Of a stretch of 64,000 nt of DNA, positions 1 to 12,049 are shown piece by piece (the stretch's first letter is position 1; each line of letters begins with the position of its first letter). Position numbers and translations under genes: made by a program. Under the pieces are notes generated by a model, which made no database searches, was not told where the DNA came from, and saw nothing but the letters and a program-made list of their open reading frames with translations. This DNA is from Narcine bancroftii (taxonomy: Eukaryota). Where the stretch lies: assembly GCF_036971445.1 (NCBI RefSeq), contig NC_091479.1:90210001-90274000 (forward strand). Reading direction: 5' to 3'.

Positions 1-345
1 AAAGTTGTTCTTAGCCAATTGTTTCCCTACCTACACCAAAGCAACATATCCAAAAAATTCCAGTCAGGTTATAAGGCCCATCATAGCCCAGAATCAGCCT
101 TACTAAGAATATATCATGACTGACTCAGGGACGGAGCTCTGCCACTCCTGGACCTTAGCGCAGCGTTTAATACTGTGGTTCACACCATTTTAATAATCAC
201 CTCCGGCACGGCCATAAAGTGGTTTAAATCTTATCTTAGTGATTAACTTTCTCAGTCAACATGGGCAAATTTTCATCCGCTCTGCCACCCTTTCCTGCGG
301 GGTCCCACAAGGGTCTATTCTGGACCCCATTCTCTTCTCTGTGAA
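1..345 (+). mobile_element. L2-clade LINE RT fragment (decayed)
   Basis: FQSGYKAHHS, LLDLSAAFNTV, WFKSYLSD and CGVPQGSILDPILFS motifs. Confidence 0.8.
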
Positions 346-736
346 ATCATTGATTGCTATAATCATTTCAAAAGCAATTTCAGGTTCAAGTTAATTATAT
401 TTCCAGCATTGTGTACAATGTTATTGCTACATCCGAAAACTGAAGAACTTGTATTTCTTATGACCATGGCATTGCAGGTGAGCTGATGTATTCCACCACA
501 CTACTGGTAGCATTAGTCATTAAAGCTTACTGACACACTTGCCTGCCTTTCTTGCTGTGAGCTGTATTAGATTTGCAACAGAAACAACCAAGAAGATCCT
601 CCACAACATTAAGAATTGGTGACCAATATGTAAAATAACTAAGAAATTATTGGCAAGGTTTGTGCATTACTGTACTCCAATTGTAGTTACACACATCCCT
701 CTTCCAGCTTTACATGCTTCTGAACAATAGAGATAT

Positions 737-1474
737 TCCTTTGGCTTGGCTTCGCGGACGAAGATTTATGGAGGGGGTAAAAAGTCCACGTCAGCTGCAG
801 GCTCGTTTGTGGCTGACCAGTCCGATGCGGGACAGGCAGACACGATTGCAGCGGTTGCAAGGGAAAATTGGTTGGTTGGGGTTGGGTGTTGGGTTTTTCC
901 TCCTTTGCCTTTTGTCAGTGAGGTGGGCTCTGCGGTCTTCTTCAAAGGAGGCTGCTGCCCGCCAAACTGTGAGGCGCCAAGATGCACGGTTTGAGGCGTT
1001 ATCAGCCCACTGGCGGTGGTCAATGTGGCAGGCACCAAGAGATTTCTTTAGGCAGTCCTTGTACCTTTTCTTTGGTGCACCTCTGTCACGGTGGCCAGTG
1101 GAGAGCTCGCCATATAATACGATCTTGGGAAGGCGATGGTCCTCCATTCTGGAGACGTGACCCATCCAGCGCAGCTGGATCTTCAGCAGCGTGGACTCGA
1201 TGCTGTCGACCTCTGCCATCTCGAGTACCTCGACGTTAGGGGTGTGAGCGCTCCAATGGATGTTGAGGATGGAGCGGAGACAACGCTGGTGGAAGCGTTC
1301 TAGGAGCCGTAGGTGGTGCCGGTAGAGGACCCATGATTCGGAGCCGAACAGGAGTGTGGGTATGACAACGGCTCTGTATACGCTTATCTTTGTGAGGTTT
1401 TTCAGTTGGTTGTTTTTCCAGACTCTTTTGTGTAGTCTTCCAAAGGCGCTATTTGCCTTGGCGAGTCTGTTGTC
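737..1474 (-). mobile_element. RTE-clade LINE copy 1, 5'-truncated, 9-bp TSD
   Basis: Near-identical to the 3' part of the 747-aa RT ORF element. TSD TAGAGATAT at 728-736 and 1475-1483. Confidence 0.95.
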
Positions 1475-1659
1475 TAGAGATATACATACTGAAGATTGAG
1501 CTTGATTTTACTGGAGTCCTTTTTATTTCCAATTTCACACCTCTGTTCTAACCTGCTCAGTTCCAAACTCAACAAAATTAATCCACTGATATCTTGGTTG
1601 TTTCCGTTGTCCCAGCTTCCATTGCTTTTTGGATTTTCATTAACCAATGTGTGAGAAAA

Positions 1660-2650
1660 AACTTCCTGTTGGCATTTAACACCATCACCCCCTCAAAAGT
1701 GATCAGCAAACTCCAAAAACTGAGAGTTAACACCCCACTGTGTAATTGGATCCTCACCTCCAGACCACAATCAGTGAAGATTGGTAAGAACTTCTCCTCC
1801 ACAATCTCCATCAGTACCAGAGCACCCCCTGCTCTACTCATTTTACACCTTCGACCACGTGCCTCAGTATGACAATATCACCATCTACAAATTTGCCGAC
1901 AACATCATGGTACTGGGTTGTATAAAGGGGATGAGTCAGCGTACAGGATGGAGATTGAAAACTTGGCTGAATGGTGCCCCAACCACAAGCTTGCACTCAA
2001 TGTAACCAAAACTAAGGAACTGATTGTTGACTTCAGGAAAGGAAAGTGAGAAGTATACAATCCAGTGATCGTTGGGAGATTGGAGAAGGTGAGCAAATTT
2101 AAGTTCTTCGGAGCCACTATCTTGGAGGATCTTTCCCAGACCCAACACACCAATGGCATCATGAAGAAAGCATGTCAGGACCTCTACTTCCTCTGGAGTT
2201 TTCAGAGTTTTGGTTTGACATCAGAAACCTGGCAAATTTCTACAGAGGTGTGGTGTAAAGTATGTTGACCACCTGCATCATGGTCTGGTATGGAGACACC
2301 AATACCCCTGAGCATAAACCCCTCCAATGTGTAGTGGACACAGCCCAAGATATTGTAGGCAGAACCCTCCTCACTATTGAATACATCCCCAGGCAACACC
2401 TCCATTGGAGAGCAGCAGCAATTGTCAAAGACCCACACCACCCAGCAAACACTCTGTTCTCGCTGCTGCCATCAGGAAAGAGGTATTGGTGCCAGACTCG
2501 CACCGCCAGGCTCAGGAACAGCTGCTACCCCTCCATCATCAGACTCCTCAACATCAAACTCAATCAGAGACTCAATTAATGACTCTTACTTGGGCATTTT
2601 TATTATTTTTCTTTTTGTTCTCTCTGTATTGCATATAACCAAAATTTTGG
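1660..2650 (+). mobile_element. Rex1/Babar-like LINE 3' part (decayed)
   Basis: AFNTITPSKVISKL, YKFADN, NVTKTKELIVDFRK, FSLLPSGKRY and TARLRNSCYP motifs across frameshifts. Confidence 0.8.
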
Positions 2651-2754
2651 GCATGAGCCTTTCATTAAGGTATGTACAAAATGTAGAAAGATGTTCGAAC
2701 AAAATGGTTTGGCAGGGGATGAGGGCTGGAGGAGGAAGACAGTTCTACAGGAAG

Positions 2755-3290
2755 GCCTTCTCTACTTCGGAGAGCATGGACACAGACTGGGAGATTTCTT
2801 CGCTAAGCACCTTCGTTCTCACTGCATCAATGGCAGGGATCTCCCACTGGCCAACCATTTCAATTCTGCACCCTACTCCCATGCAGGCCCGTCTCTCCAT
2901 GGCATCGTACTGTCAAACCAAGACCACCTGTAAATTGGAGGTGCAACCATTACTTTCCGTCTGGGCACTCTCCAACTGCATGGCATTAAAGTCAACATTA
3001 ATTTCTGCTGGCCCCCTCCCTGTGCTCCTTTCCTCCAGCTCCTCTCCATTCACAGAGCTATTCCCCCCCATCTTGTTTACTGGTGGGTCCTCCCCACTGT
3101 AGCCACCTTTCACCTCCTGCCTGTGGGACTGTGGTTCTCCCCTGCCCCTCCCCCCCCACTATTTTGTTCGGGGACCTGCCTACATTTTCCTTGTACCTTG
3201 ATGAAGGGCTCAAGCTCAAAATGTTGGTTATTGTTTTTATCTTTGCTCTGTAATGAACACTGTTTATCCCTGCTGACTTTCTCTACATAA
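2755..3290 (+). mobile_element. Penelope-like element 3' fragment (GIY-YIG C-terminus plus pseudo-LTR)
   Basis: LYFGEHGHRLGDFFAKHLRS..PLANHFNS..TCKLEVQ..FRLGTLQ, followed by a pyrimidine-rich tract and TTGATGAAGGGCTCAAGCTCAAAA. Confidence 0.8.
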
Positions 3291-4091
3291 GGAATGTGTG
3301 TTTTATCTCATCAAAGGAAGTGGTGGCTCTGCACCTACTCCAAGTTCATCACTGTAAACATCCCAATTAGATTACCCTTTCAACTTGCCTGCTGTTCCTA
3401 AAAAAAAAATGACAAAATATATTAATTATTTAAACTTACAGATTGTTGACAAAATTCCTCGGGGCCTACATGTATTATCTGACATCCAGGCAGTAAAGAG
3501 AACAAGACATGAAAAATCTCATGAAAAGTTATTGACTTGAAGCTCTAATATTTTTCTGATCTTATAGATGAACATTTCTGACATTTTCTGTTTATTTCAG
3601 GTGTTTAGCATGCAGGTATTTTAGTTTTATATTATTTCTTACCTTAGTTTTGGCATCCAAAGATGAAGACATTGGTCGATTCACAGTTCAATCAGGGATC
3701 CGCACAATTGAAGATGAGGCTACAGATGTGGTCCATACAACTGTAGACCATTCCAGATGGGGCATAACCAAGTCTCAAGACAATTGAAGACGGTTTGGTC
3801 AGAACTCCTGTGTGCAGCTTAAGGTAATGCTCTAGCTTTGGTAAGATCTGGGTACAACTAAACATCAGGCATAACCAAGATCGATGTGAATGAATGTGGG
3901 GCTCCAGGACTGGCCAGACCAAATCTGTGCATCAGCAAGTATTGTTTTAGATAAGGTCTGACCAAATCATTGCGCAGCTGAAAGTGGGGTATAACCAAGA
4001 CTCTGTCCAACTCATTTGGATGTTTCAGCTGTGGATTACCCAAGTTCCTGAACCACTAAAAGCTGAGCTCCAGCTGTGGTCAGACTATGTA

Positions 4092-4258
4092 CTGTAAAAT
4101 CTCTGTTATGTCGAATTCAAGTAACCAGTTTAAAACAAAAATCAGGGAATGTAAAATCGGCACTCATTGCTATTAGTTTGCAATCTCAACCAACCGGAAA
4201 ATACACTCATCCAGCATCTACTAATCCCCATAGGTGTTGGATACCAGGGGTTTTACTC
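4092..4258 (-). mobile_element. TA-flanked pogo/Tigger-like MITE (same family as 19304 and 25531)
   Basis: Reverse complement of the CAGTAAAACCCCTGGTATCCGGCACCTATGGGGATTGGTAGATG end. Confidence 0.75.
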
Positions 4259-5550
4259 TATATTGATTGATCCAAGATCACCAACGTAAGTTTCATGCTG
4301 CTTCACACATCAGATCTAAACACATTCTCTGGAGACACTAATAAGATACATTGTCTTGTCAAGGTGGAGCTGGGAGTCACCATTTATTCCTCTGCCTAAT
4401 GGGCAGAGTCTATGATTAATTGCCGGGGTAATTTTACTCTGGAGTGGGAGCTCTTTTTAAAATTCAGACCTCTCAAAAGGTTAGAAGCCACAAAAAGAAA
4501 CAATTTTCATACAAATATTTAAAATGGAATGAATGCAAACTCCCATGTGCAACAACGGCATCTTGTTATCATTACCATTGGGTTGCCTCTTGTAGCTGGA
4601 ATTTAATTCCGAGCTTGTAATTGTACAGCTTAAAAAAGTCCCCAGTTATGTTTATTAGTAATAAATAGTCTCCAAAGAATTTTGTTGTAGAGATTTTCAA
4701 AATAATAGTCCTGAAAACATCTTCACCAAAGATGCATGTACCTTCCAGGTATTCTTTTCACTTTGATGGTTTACAAATGCTATTTAAAAAAAAAATTGAT
4801 TGAAAAGAGTGGATTTTAAAATTGTATTATCAGTGGAGCATGATGCATCTTTCAAGCCCGTCTTAATATTGTTCCAGCAGGGGGAAGAACTGAGTTTTTG
4901 CTGCTAAAAAGGTCAGAAAATATGCGCAACCTACCCTCTGCTAATCACCGTGTTCAGTAGCGTCTGCCATTGGAAGAACCCAAAGTGTCAATGACCTGCA
5001 AGTCACCTCGTCCAGGAACCCACCCCGCTTCACATTATTTACATACAATTTATTTTTTCTTCATCAGCTGAAATTTTTGACTTATTATGCTAGTATCATT
5101 CAAAAGTAATCTTCATTTATGCTTGGAACCTCATAGAGGGGTGAGGCAGCTACTTGGGGCATCACAGTGGAACACGATTATCCCACTAACTATAACGAAG
5201 AGTAAAGTAAAGCACAAAAGTCTGCTAACGCAGTGATTGAAGCAAAAACACAATGGTGGAAAACTCAGCAGGTCAAACACCTTGCTTGAACGGCTCAAGC
5301 CCTGAAACACTGGTGATGCATCTTAATCTTTGCCTCATGACGTACACTATTCAACCTGCTGAATTTCTCCAGCATTGTTTTTAATTTTTTTTTAAACAAA
5401 GAGAATATTGTCTGATTTTCCAAAACAAATACCAAGGAAGGATGTGTTTCCCTCAAATTAAATATTTAGCCATTTAGTGGTGTATTGAAATGTTAAGAAA
5501 CAAATACCTGTGGTCTTCAATAATGTGGGATATTAATTTTATTATAATTA

Positions 5551-6214
5551 CAGGTACCAAAATTCTGAAAACCGTACATTTTTTCCACAGATGTCGTCCG
5601 CACACCAAAGCTCGCGTTTGGTGTCCAACAAGACCAATCCCCGTCCAGTGCCGTATCTCAGGGCTCCTACCAGTCAGATGCGACTATGCTGTTCATGGAC
5701 TTTGAAGACTGTGAACGTGACAAAAGGAGCTGCAGAGTCCCTTATGGGCAACAGAGAGAGGCAGAAAAGGAAGCATCTGCCATTATCAATAGCGCAGAAA
5801 GAAGAGTTATTGCAGAAGCTTGATCGTGTTGTATCTGTGCGGCATCTTACTGAAGTTTATGGTGTGGAAACTACCACCATATAGCAGAAAAATAAGTTGT
5901 TGAAGTTTTACAATGACAGTGATGACCAGAAACTAATGAATACCACCATCCTGGGCCCCCCCTACCCCCGTCCAGCAAGGCCGCAAATCCCCATCCAGTG
6001 CAACCAACAGCCTGTCCAGCACTGCAGAAAACCCCACCCAGCGCTGCTGCAACCTTTGTCCAGAGACCCTTCTAGTTGGAGTGTGTCTTTGTGTTGCGCG
6101 AATCTGAAATCAGTACAATTACTTAATGTACCCCCATTTCTATTATTCTATTATCTGAAAAATTCCAAGAAATGTCGGGTCTCCAAGGATTTGAGATAAA
6201 CGATTATATACCTG
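5551..6214 (+). mobile_element. Internally deleted Tigger/pogo DNA transposon (Tigger4/Zombi-like)
   Basis: TA|CAGGT...ACCTG|TA ends. Transposase N-terminal HTH fragment KRKHLPLSIAQKEELLQKLDRVVSVRHLTEVYGVETTTI, then LLKFYNDSDDQKLM. Confidence 0.8.
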
Positions 6215-6257
6215 TACTACATGCCTGACATTTTCTTCCTATGTGAAAGAATAACAT

Positions 6258-6263
6258 TTTATT
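6258..6263 (-). terminator. HMGA2: Polyadenylation signal AATAAA of HMGA2
   Basis: Plus-strand TTTATT at the distal end of the TE-free UTR. The resulting UTR length is similar to the ~3 kb mammalian HMGA2 3'UTR. Confidence 0.7.
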
Positions 6264-9147
6264 TCAATGAATCATTTACTGATGGTTCCTACTATAAATC
6301 AGCCTCAATAAACTCTGAAACGGTGGTTGAGTCCGTTTATGAAACCAAGGGAGATCAGTCATAGCTATAGGACCCTTTTAAGTTCAGCACTAATTTCAAG
6401 TGGTCTATTCAAGTGCTACTTCGAATTAAAAAAAAAGGGCACTCTGTGATAAGAGTCCTTGGCACTGTGTTCAATCACATAAACAGTTATGCCAGTGTTA
6501 AAATGATAAAGTCTCAGAATCAACATGGGGATCACAGAGGTTATTACATTTATTTGTGCTGAACAGACAGTGACAATCCTTAAAATGAACCTTCTCAGCA
6601 AGCAAGCATTTCGAAGTACAATCAGACAGCTTTTCTAAGTGAATAGCAAAGCAATAAAGTTACGCACTCAAGGTACAGGGAGAGCAGTCTATCATTTTCA
6701 AGCTCCCCCACAAACCAAGACTAAAATTCGTAAAATGGCAGAAAGTTAAATGTCCAGTCTTTTCTCGAGGTGACCAGTCAGAAGAGAACAGTCATATAAA
6801 ATTTATCTCCCAAAAAAATAAACTATGTATAAAAAAATTTATGATGCACTCTCTGGTCTACTGGCCATAAACAATTGAATAGGTTTTCAGCTTGAAACTG
6901 AGGTAACAGTAGGCCCCAAGAGGTAGTAGTGTGTAATTGATTGTACAACATCCAGAGAAATACATGATAAACATTAGCATTTGAGAGGCTTCCCAGAGCT
7001 AAATGTCCAACACTCAAAAGGCTTCCTTACTTTACGTTAGATGAAAAACTGAGGTAAAACTTAACAGGGTTCTTTTAACTTGAAGTACATTGAGTGACTT
7101 TGCAAACAAATCATAAGTTGGAGGATTCAGACAACAAAAAAAAACGTGGGGGAAAATACAACCAGATATTAGCTCAGTCTTCAAAAAGCAGACAGGTTAA
7201 GCACCATGCTGTCTGAGGAGCTAGCTGAGTTTATGTCAAGGTTTTATAAATTATGATGGAAGCCAGAAGAAATCAGCTTTGGTTGTACTTTGGCTCAACA
7301 CTAAAGCCTTACTGTCACAGATTCTCCTGAGAAACTACTCCCTCCCCATCTTCCCGGCCCATTATATGTTAGAAGGAGCAATATTGACAAGCAGAGAAGC
7401 AAGATAAAACTCTACAGAAGAAGCATTTAAAAATAGATCTGGTTGAAACATATTACAAAAAAAGTTTAAAAAAAAAAATCACATTTGTGTAAAATACATG
7501 AAAATATGAATCAAGTACGTTTCTTACAATCTACTAATTTAAACGCATATTCTTGATTGAATTATACAAAAAACTGGGCCTGTATTTTTCACCTATAAAG
7601 CTTCACTTTTCCTTTGAAGGTTTCAGAATAGAAAGTAATTTAAAATGCTTTCGTGTCCAAGATTATTTTTTTCTTTTTTTTTTACAAAAATACTTTGACT
7701 AGGGATTAGTTGCAGTCCTAAAATTTTAAACAATTTTTTTTAAACTGGTGATGATAATAACAAGGCTGTTCCTTTTTTTAATATCTGGAGGTAGGTTTTG
7801 GTCAATGATTAGTCCATTTGCCTTGAACGCATTTGAGGTACAAACTTGGAGAGTTATTTTTCAAACACTACTGATAAAAAAAATGAAAAATAAAAGCATT
7901 AGAAACATTTCCATTTCATTAATTGTAACATAAGAAAACAAAAGGATCTGTTAAAAAGCAATGAGTAATTCAGTTAAAAAAAAATTCAAGTTAAAAAAGT
8001 ACAAACGGAAAATGAGTTGCATTAAAAGCAACTCAAAAATTAAGCAATTATATTGCAATACAGAAATGCTTTCAGGTATTCTGGTTTCCTCTATTATTAG
8101 TTAAATTGCAGAACCAAAATGAATCTACAGGTATCAGTGTTTATCTGTCCATGAATTTGAAAAAAAAATCTGCATTGTATGTGTATAGCAGCATGTACCC
8201 AAGAGGCTGTCAAACTAATTGAATTGATCGGAGGTAGTTACAGATAATGGGGTAATATTGCAACCATCACTAAAAGTGCTGTTTTGACTGAGTATTCTTT
8301 TGGACTGTTGGGAAGGAGGAGGAATGGTTTAAGGATCAATTGCACAGCATGTTGTTCCCAAAGTCAAGGAATGCATTTGCTTGACCAAGCCACATGTCAG
8401 TGCATTAGAGGTAAAGTTACCTGTAAATGAGATTCTTATAGACAAAAATCGGTTCCCTTTCCAAGTCTTAATGACTTACACTGAAGTGGAATTTCTGGAT
8501 TTCCTTTTGTTAAAAAAAAAGTCAATTGTTCATTTGTCCCTTCAGATGCGGAATATAATTTTAGGTGTTAACAGCAGAATTAAATATATACATAAAAATC
8601 AGCCCTAGGATTTTCCTGAATTTCAGTAAGTGAAAAACATCAATTAAAAAAAAAGTCTACTATAAAGTTTCTCTAAGAGCAGTGCCTATCCCTCATTTTA
8701 GGTGTTCTATACAGGGGGTTCACTAAGTTAGGGAGGGTGGGTGCTTAACCATTTTTAACCAGGAAAGTTGGTTCTATCAAAATGCCCATATTTTGGCTGT
8801 GCATATGGTGATTTCTTCTTGCATTATTTTGTGCCTTGTAATGAAATATATAACTCTCTTTTGACCCACTCACCCTTACTTAGCAGCTCGATAAACTATA
8901 GGTATGTTGAGAATTTAAAAAAAACAGTAATTAAATGTTGCATTATTAATCTGTGTCCCCTGTGTTACAGCAGTTTCTTTTTCACTAAACCTGGGACTGT
9001 GAAGGGATTACAAAAAAAAGGTCGATTGCAAGTCTTTCAGAGGATGTGTTTCTCCTCAGGATAAAGTGGACAGACCAATGTTAATTTGGGGGAAAAAAAA
9101 AGTGGTCAAGGTAGTGTCTTCTCCCTTCAAAAGACCCAACTGCTGAA

Positions 9148-9155
9148 TGAGGTAG
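9148..9155 (-). promoter_or_regulatory. let-7 8-mer target site (CUACCUCA), UTR position 21-28
   Basis: Plus strand TGAGGTAG equals let-7 nt 1-8. Confidence 0.9.
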
Positions 9156-9175
9156 AAGTCAAATAATGTGGTTTC

Positions 9176-9223
9176 TTAATCTTCCTCTGTGGATTCTTGC
9201 GAGGACGTTCCTTCACCCTCTTC
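9176..9223 (-). CDS. HMGA2: HMGA2 terminal coding exon (exon 5), acidic C-terminal tail EEGEGTSSQESTEED*
   Basis: Minus strand: pyrimidine tract tttgtttgtcttttcAG, then 48 nt GAA GAG GGT GAA GGA ACG TCC TCG CAA GAA TCC ACA GAG GAA GAT TAA. Same length, phase and motif as the mammalian HMGA2 tail EETEETSSQESAEED*. A let-7 8-mer follows 21 nt after the stop. Confidence 0.96.
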   Translation of the reverse strand, partial: EEGEGTSSQESTEED

Positions 9224-9810
9224 CTGAAAAGACAAACAAAATTTTATTATGTCAGACAACTCTGTTTAATAATATTGTCCTGCCCTCCTTTCCACAGTGA
9301 CCAGCTCAACAAGCAGTGCTGTTTTTTTTTTAAATTGCTGAAGTATTTTGGGAGGCCTCCAACCAGATATCATCAACCGCAAATTTGAGAAAGAGTGCAT
9401 TGATTAAATTCCAGTTAAACCACAAATAAATCTTCTACAGCTGATGTCATTACCATGTCTTTGAGGAACTTAAAAGCATTAAAACGTTGTAAGGAAAATA
9501 GCAGGACGTTATAAATGATTCAATCCATTTATCAAATGTTTACAGCATTAAATCTAGTTAGCATTCAACATTTATCCCTTAAAATAACTCCTTCAAAATG
9601 GCTCTTTGAATATTTTCACATTTATTTACTAAAAAAAATAAAGCAAAAGACTGTATTATGTGGTTTAACATTTGTCACCTCATAAACCAAGTACTGCCAA
9701 GGATGGCCACCTTAAAATGGCTTACAACTGTTTCATAGTTAAATAGATTTGATTTTCCACATGGCTTCATTTTGTCTGGGTTGCGAGCTGACACAATTTA
9801 AAACTCTCTT

Positions 9811-9958
9811 NNNNNNNNNNNNNNNNNNNNNNNNNNNNNNNNNNNNNNNNNNNNNNNNNNNNNNNNNNNNNNNNNNNNNNNNNNNNNNNNNNNNNNNNNN
9901 NNNNNNNNNNNNNNNNNNNNNNNNNNNNNNNNNNNNNNNNNNNNNNNNNNNNNNNNNN
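9811..9958. other. Assembly gap (148 N)
   Basis: Run of N. Confidence 1.
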
Positions 9959-11454
9959 AAGAGCAGCATGGAGAAAAACACTAGGTTTTAATCACAGGCC
10001 ACTGCTCTGCAATCCTCTTTTCAAAGGTTTCCATGATCCCAACGTCCAAAAAGGGTGTAAATCCAGGAAACAAACATGCAGTATTAAATGAATGGAGGAC
10101 AGTTGCAACATATTACTTTAGCTGCGTCCCGCCATCAGATTTCACACCACTTTTGTTTAGTCTGCTTTAGGTTATGTGGGAAATGTGGAGTGCATGAAGT
10201 GAAGGCCCCCTGCTAACCTCAGGGCCTCAAATATTTAAGCCAGTAGGCTAATGCCTCTTGACTAAGTAGTAGGCCATGACCCTGAGAGACTCTCTGGGGG
10301 ACAAGCAACAGAGAAAGATGTAGCTTGATCAAAGCTTCAGCTGGAGTAAAGAGGGCAAAGTCAAGTGTCAACTGCCCTATGCCTCAGCCACTTCACTTAA
10401 CATTTACATTCTCGAAAGACATGATAATCCAGCAGATATGCATATTTCTAGCCCGGTACAAATAAGTCAATATTGCTTCCAGTCAAGACACCGACTAATT
10501 CACCCAACTGCAATTAAACTGATAACATAATAATTGTGCTTCTCAAGGTTTGCACTTGACAGCTTGTATCTGCCTTACTCACCAAGGACTAAGTGCCTCA
10601 GGATCAAACAGTCAATTTAACATCAAGGAACTCTGGCATTAAGAATCTAAAACATTTTTGTAAATGTTTCACTAATGAAACAAAACTAAACATAGGGCTT
10701 CATCCATAGGCTCAAGCCTGGATGCAAATTGTAAAGATATAAAAGAAATACCCTTGGGCAGGAAGTTTCAGTTCACTTAATAATATTAACAAGTCTGACA
10801 GATTCCCTGCGCTCTTTTTAACTAAAAGGTGTCTGCCAGATAGCTGATGTATAGCTTATACTTAGAATGGGTGCAACCATTCATTTAGTTTGTCAGCTCG
10901 AAAACAGTTTCACTTAAAATAGCTGGAGAACAATGCCAGTGCTTTGAAATAACTTTCATTTGGCAGGGAAATAACAGCAAGCATACCATCTTCCCAGAGA
11001 CCCATTTCAGGTAAGGCACATTATTGGCACAAGTGAGGCAGGTATGAATTACATTTTCTGTAAATGAGAAAATAATCTTTAGCAATAAAAAGGGAACTAA
11101 ACCGTGGGAGACTTGGCCAATTTGCCAGCATAACTAGCAAGTTATATTTTGTCTAATTAGAACCTGCACCCACTGTACTTCCTTTAATGGTGTAGACTTG
11201 AAATGGTTTCAGTCTCAAAAGAAAATTAGTTGCCTTTTACTTTAGGTGCCAACTATGAGCTGCGAATGATCAACAGTCATACATTATTTTAGACATGAGG
11301 AGCAAAAATGAGGGAGAAAAGTTGTTTAAGAATGTGATTCAAAAGCAAAACATTACATTTTAATGCTTGAAAGAATGTAATTGAGGGCAATTCCAGCTGG
11401 CATATTCTTACTACACCATCTCTGTGTTTCAATTTGCACAATTAAACTGGTCTC

Positions 11455-11650
11455 ATAACCGGCGCGGTTAGCGCAACGCTGTTACAGCGCCAGCAACCAG
11501 GGTTCAAATCTGGCACTGTCTGTACGTTCTCCCTGTGTCTGCCGGAGTTTCTTCCGGGTGCTCCAGATTCCTCCCACTGCTCAAAACGTAGGGCAACAGG
11601 GTGGCATGAGCTCGTGTGCCGAATGGGCCTTTTATCAAGCTGAACGTTTG
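11455..11650 (+). mobile_element. tRNA-derived SINE
   Basis: GGCGCGGTTAGCGCAACGCTGTTACAGCGCCAGC..GGGTTCAAAT B-box head and TGTACGTTCTCCC..TCCGGGTGCTCC core, shared with other copies. Confidence 0.75.
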
Positions 11651-12049
11651 TATGCCTCAAGTTTACAAATTTAACTTAATCATAATGCCTTTCACAGATC
11701 ATAAAACACCAAGGATAGAGGAGGAAGAGGAAAGTTCATTTAATCCATCGTTTATATTACAGATTTCTTTTTCCTATTCTCTCCACTTCCCCTTACCATT
11801 CTTTTCAATACACAGTTTTACAGGGAAAAATCTGTCATGGAAAAGCTATCATTGAATGAGCCCAAGTCCGGGTGGGGGGGGGGGGGGGGGTAGAAATGCA
11901 TTATATTCTTGGTTATTTCAGGGGAATTTTGGACCATATTTTGGTCATTTTCATTCACAGATGCAACTAAGTTGTATAATTCAGATTTTTATGCTAAGTG
12001 AATGCATGTACATTTTTATATGAATAAATATTAATACTTTCGAGATGGA

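Larger units (their letters stand above)
6240..9175 (-). promoter_or_regulatory. HMGA2: HMGA2 3'UTR (~2.9 kb), AU-rich, with multiple let-7 sites
   Basis: Follows the stop at 9176-9178 and has no recognisable TE. let-7 seed matches at 9148-9155, 8231-8237, 7834-7840, 7788-7794, 7050-7056, 6920-6926 and 6899-6905. The 3' end is inferred from the AATAAA. Confidence 0.85.

Noticed and set aside
2377-3102. 241-aa ORF
   Set aside because: Off-frame read-through across a Rex-like LINE and a Penelope remnant, with no coherent domain.
6899-9155. TGAGGTAG matches as a let-7 miRNA gene on the plus strand
   Set aside because: Only seed-length matches with no full mature sequence or precursor hairpin. 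They are target sites on the minus-strand mRNA.
9739-9991. ORFs spanning the N run
   Set aside because: Artefacts of the assembly gap.
11455-11530. tRNA genes at SINE heads (also ~62120-62197)
   Set aside because: A/B-box-like motifs continue into a SINE core and tail, and no complete cloverleaf is evident.
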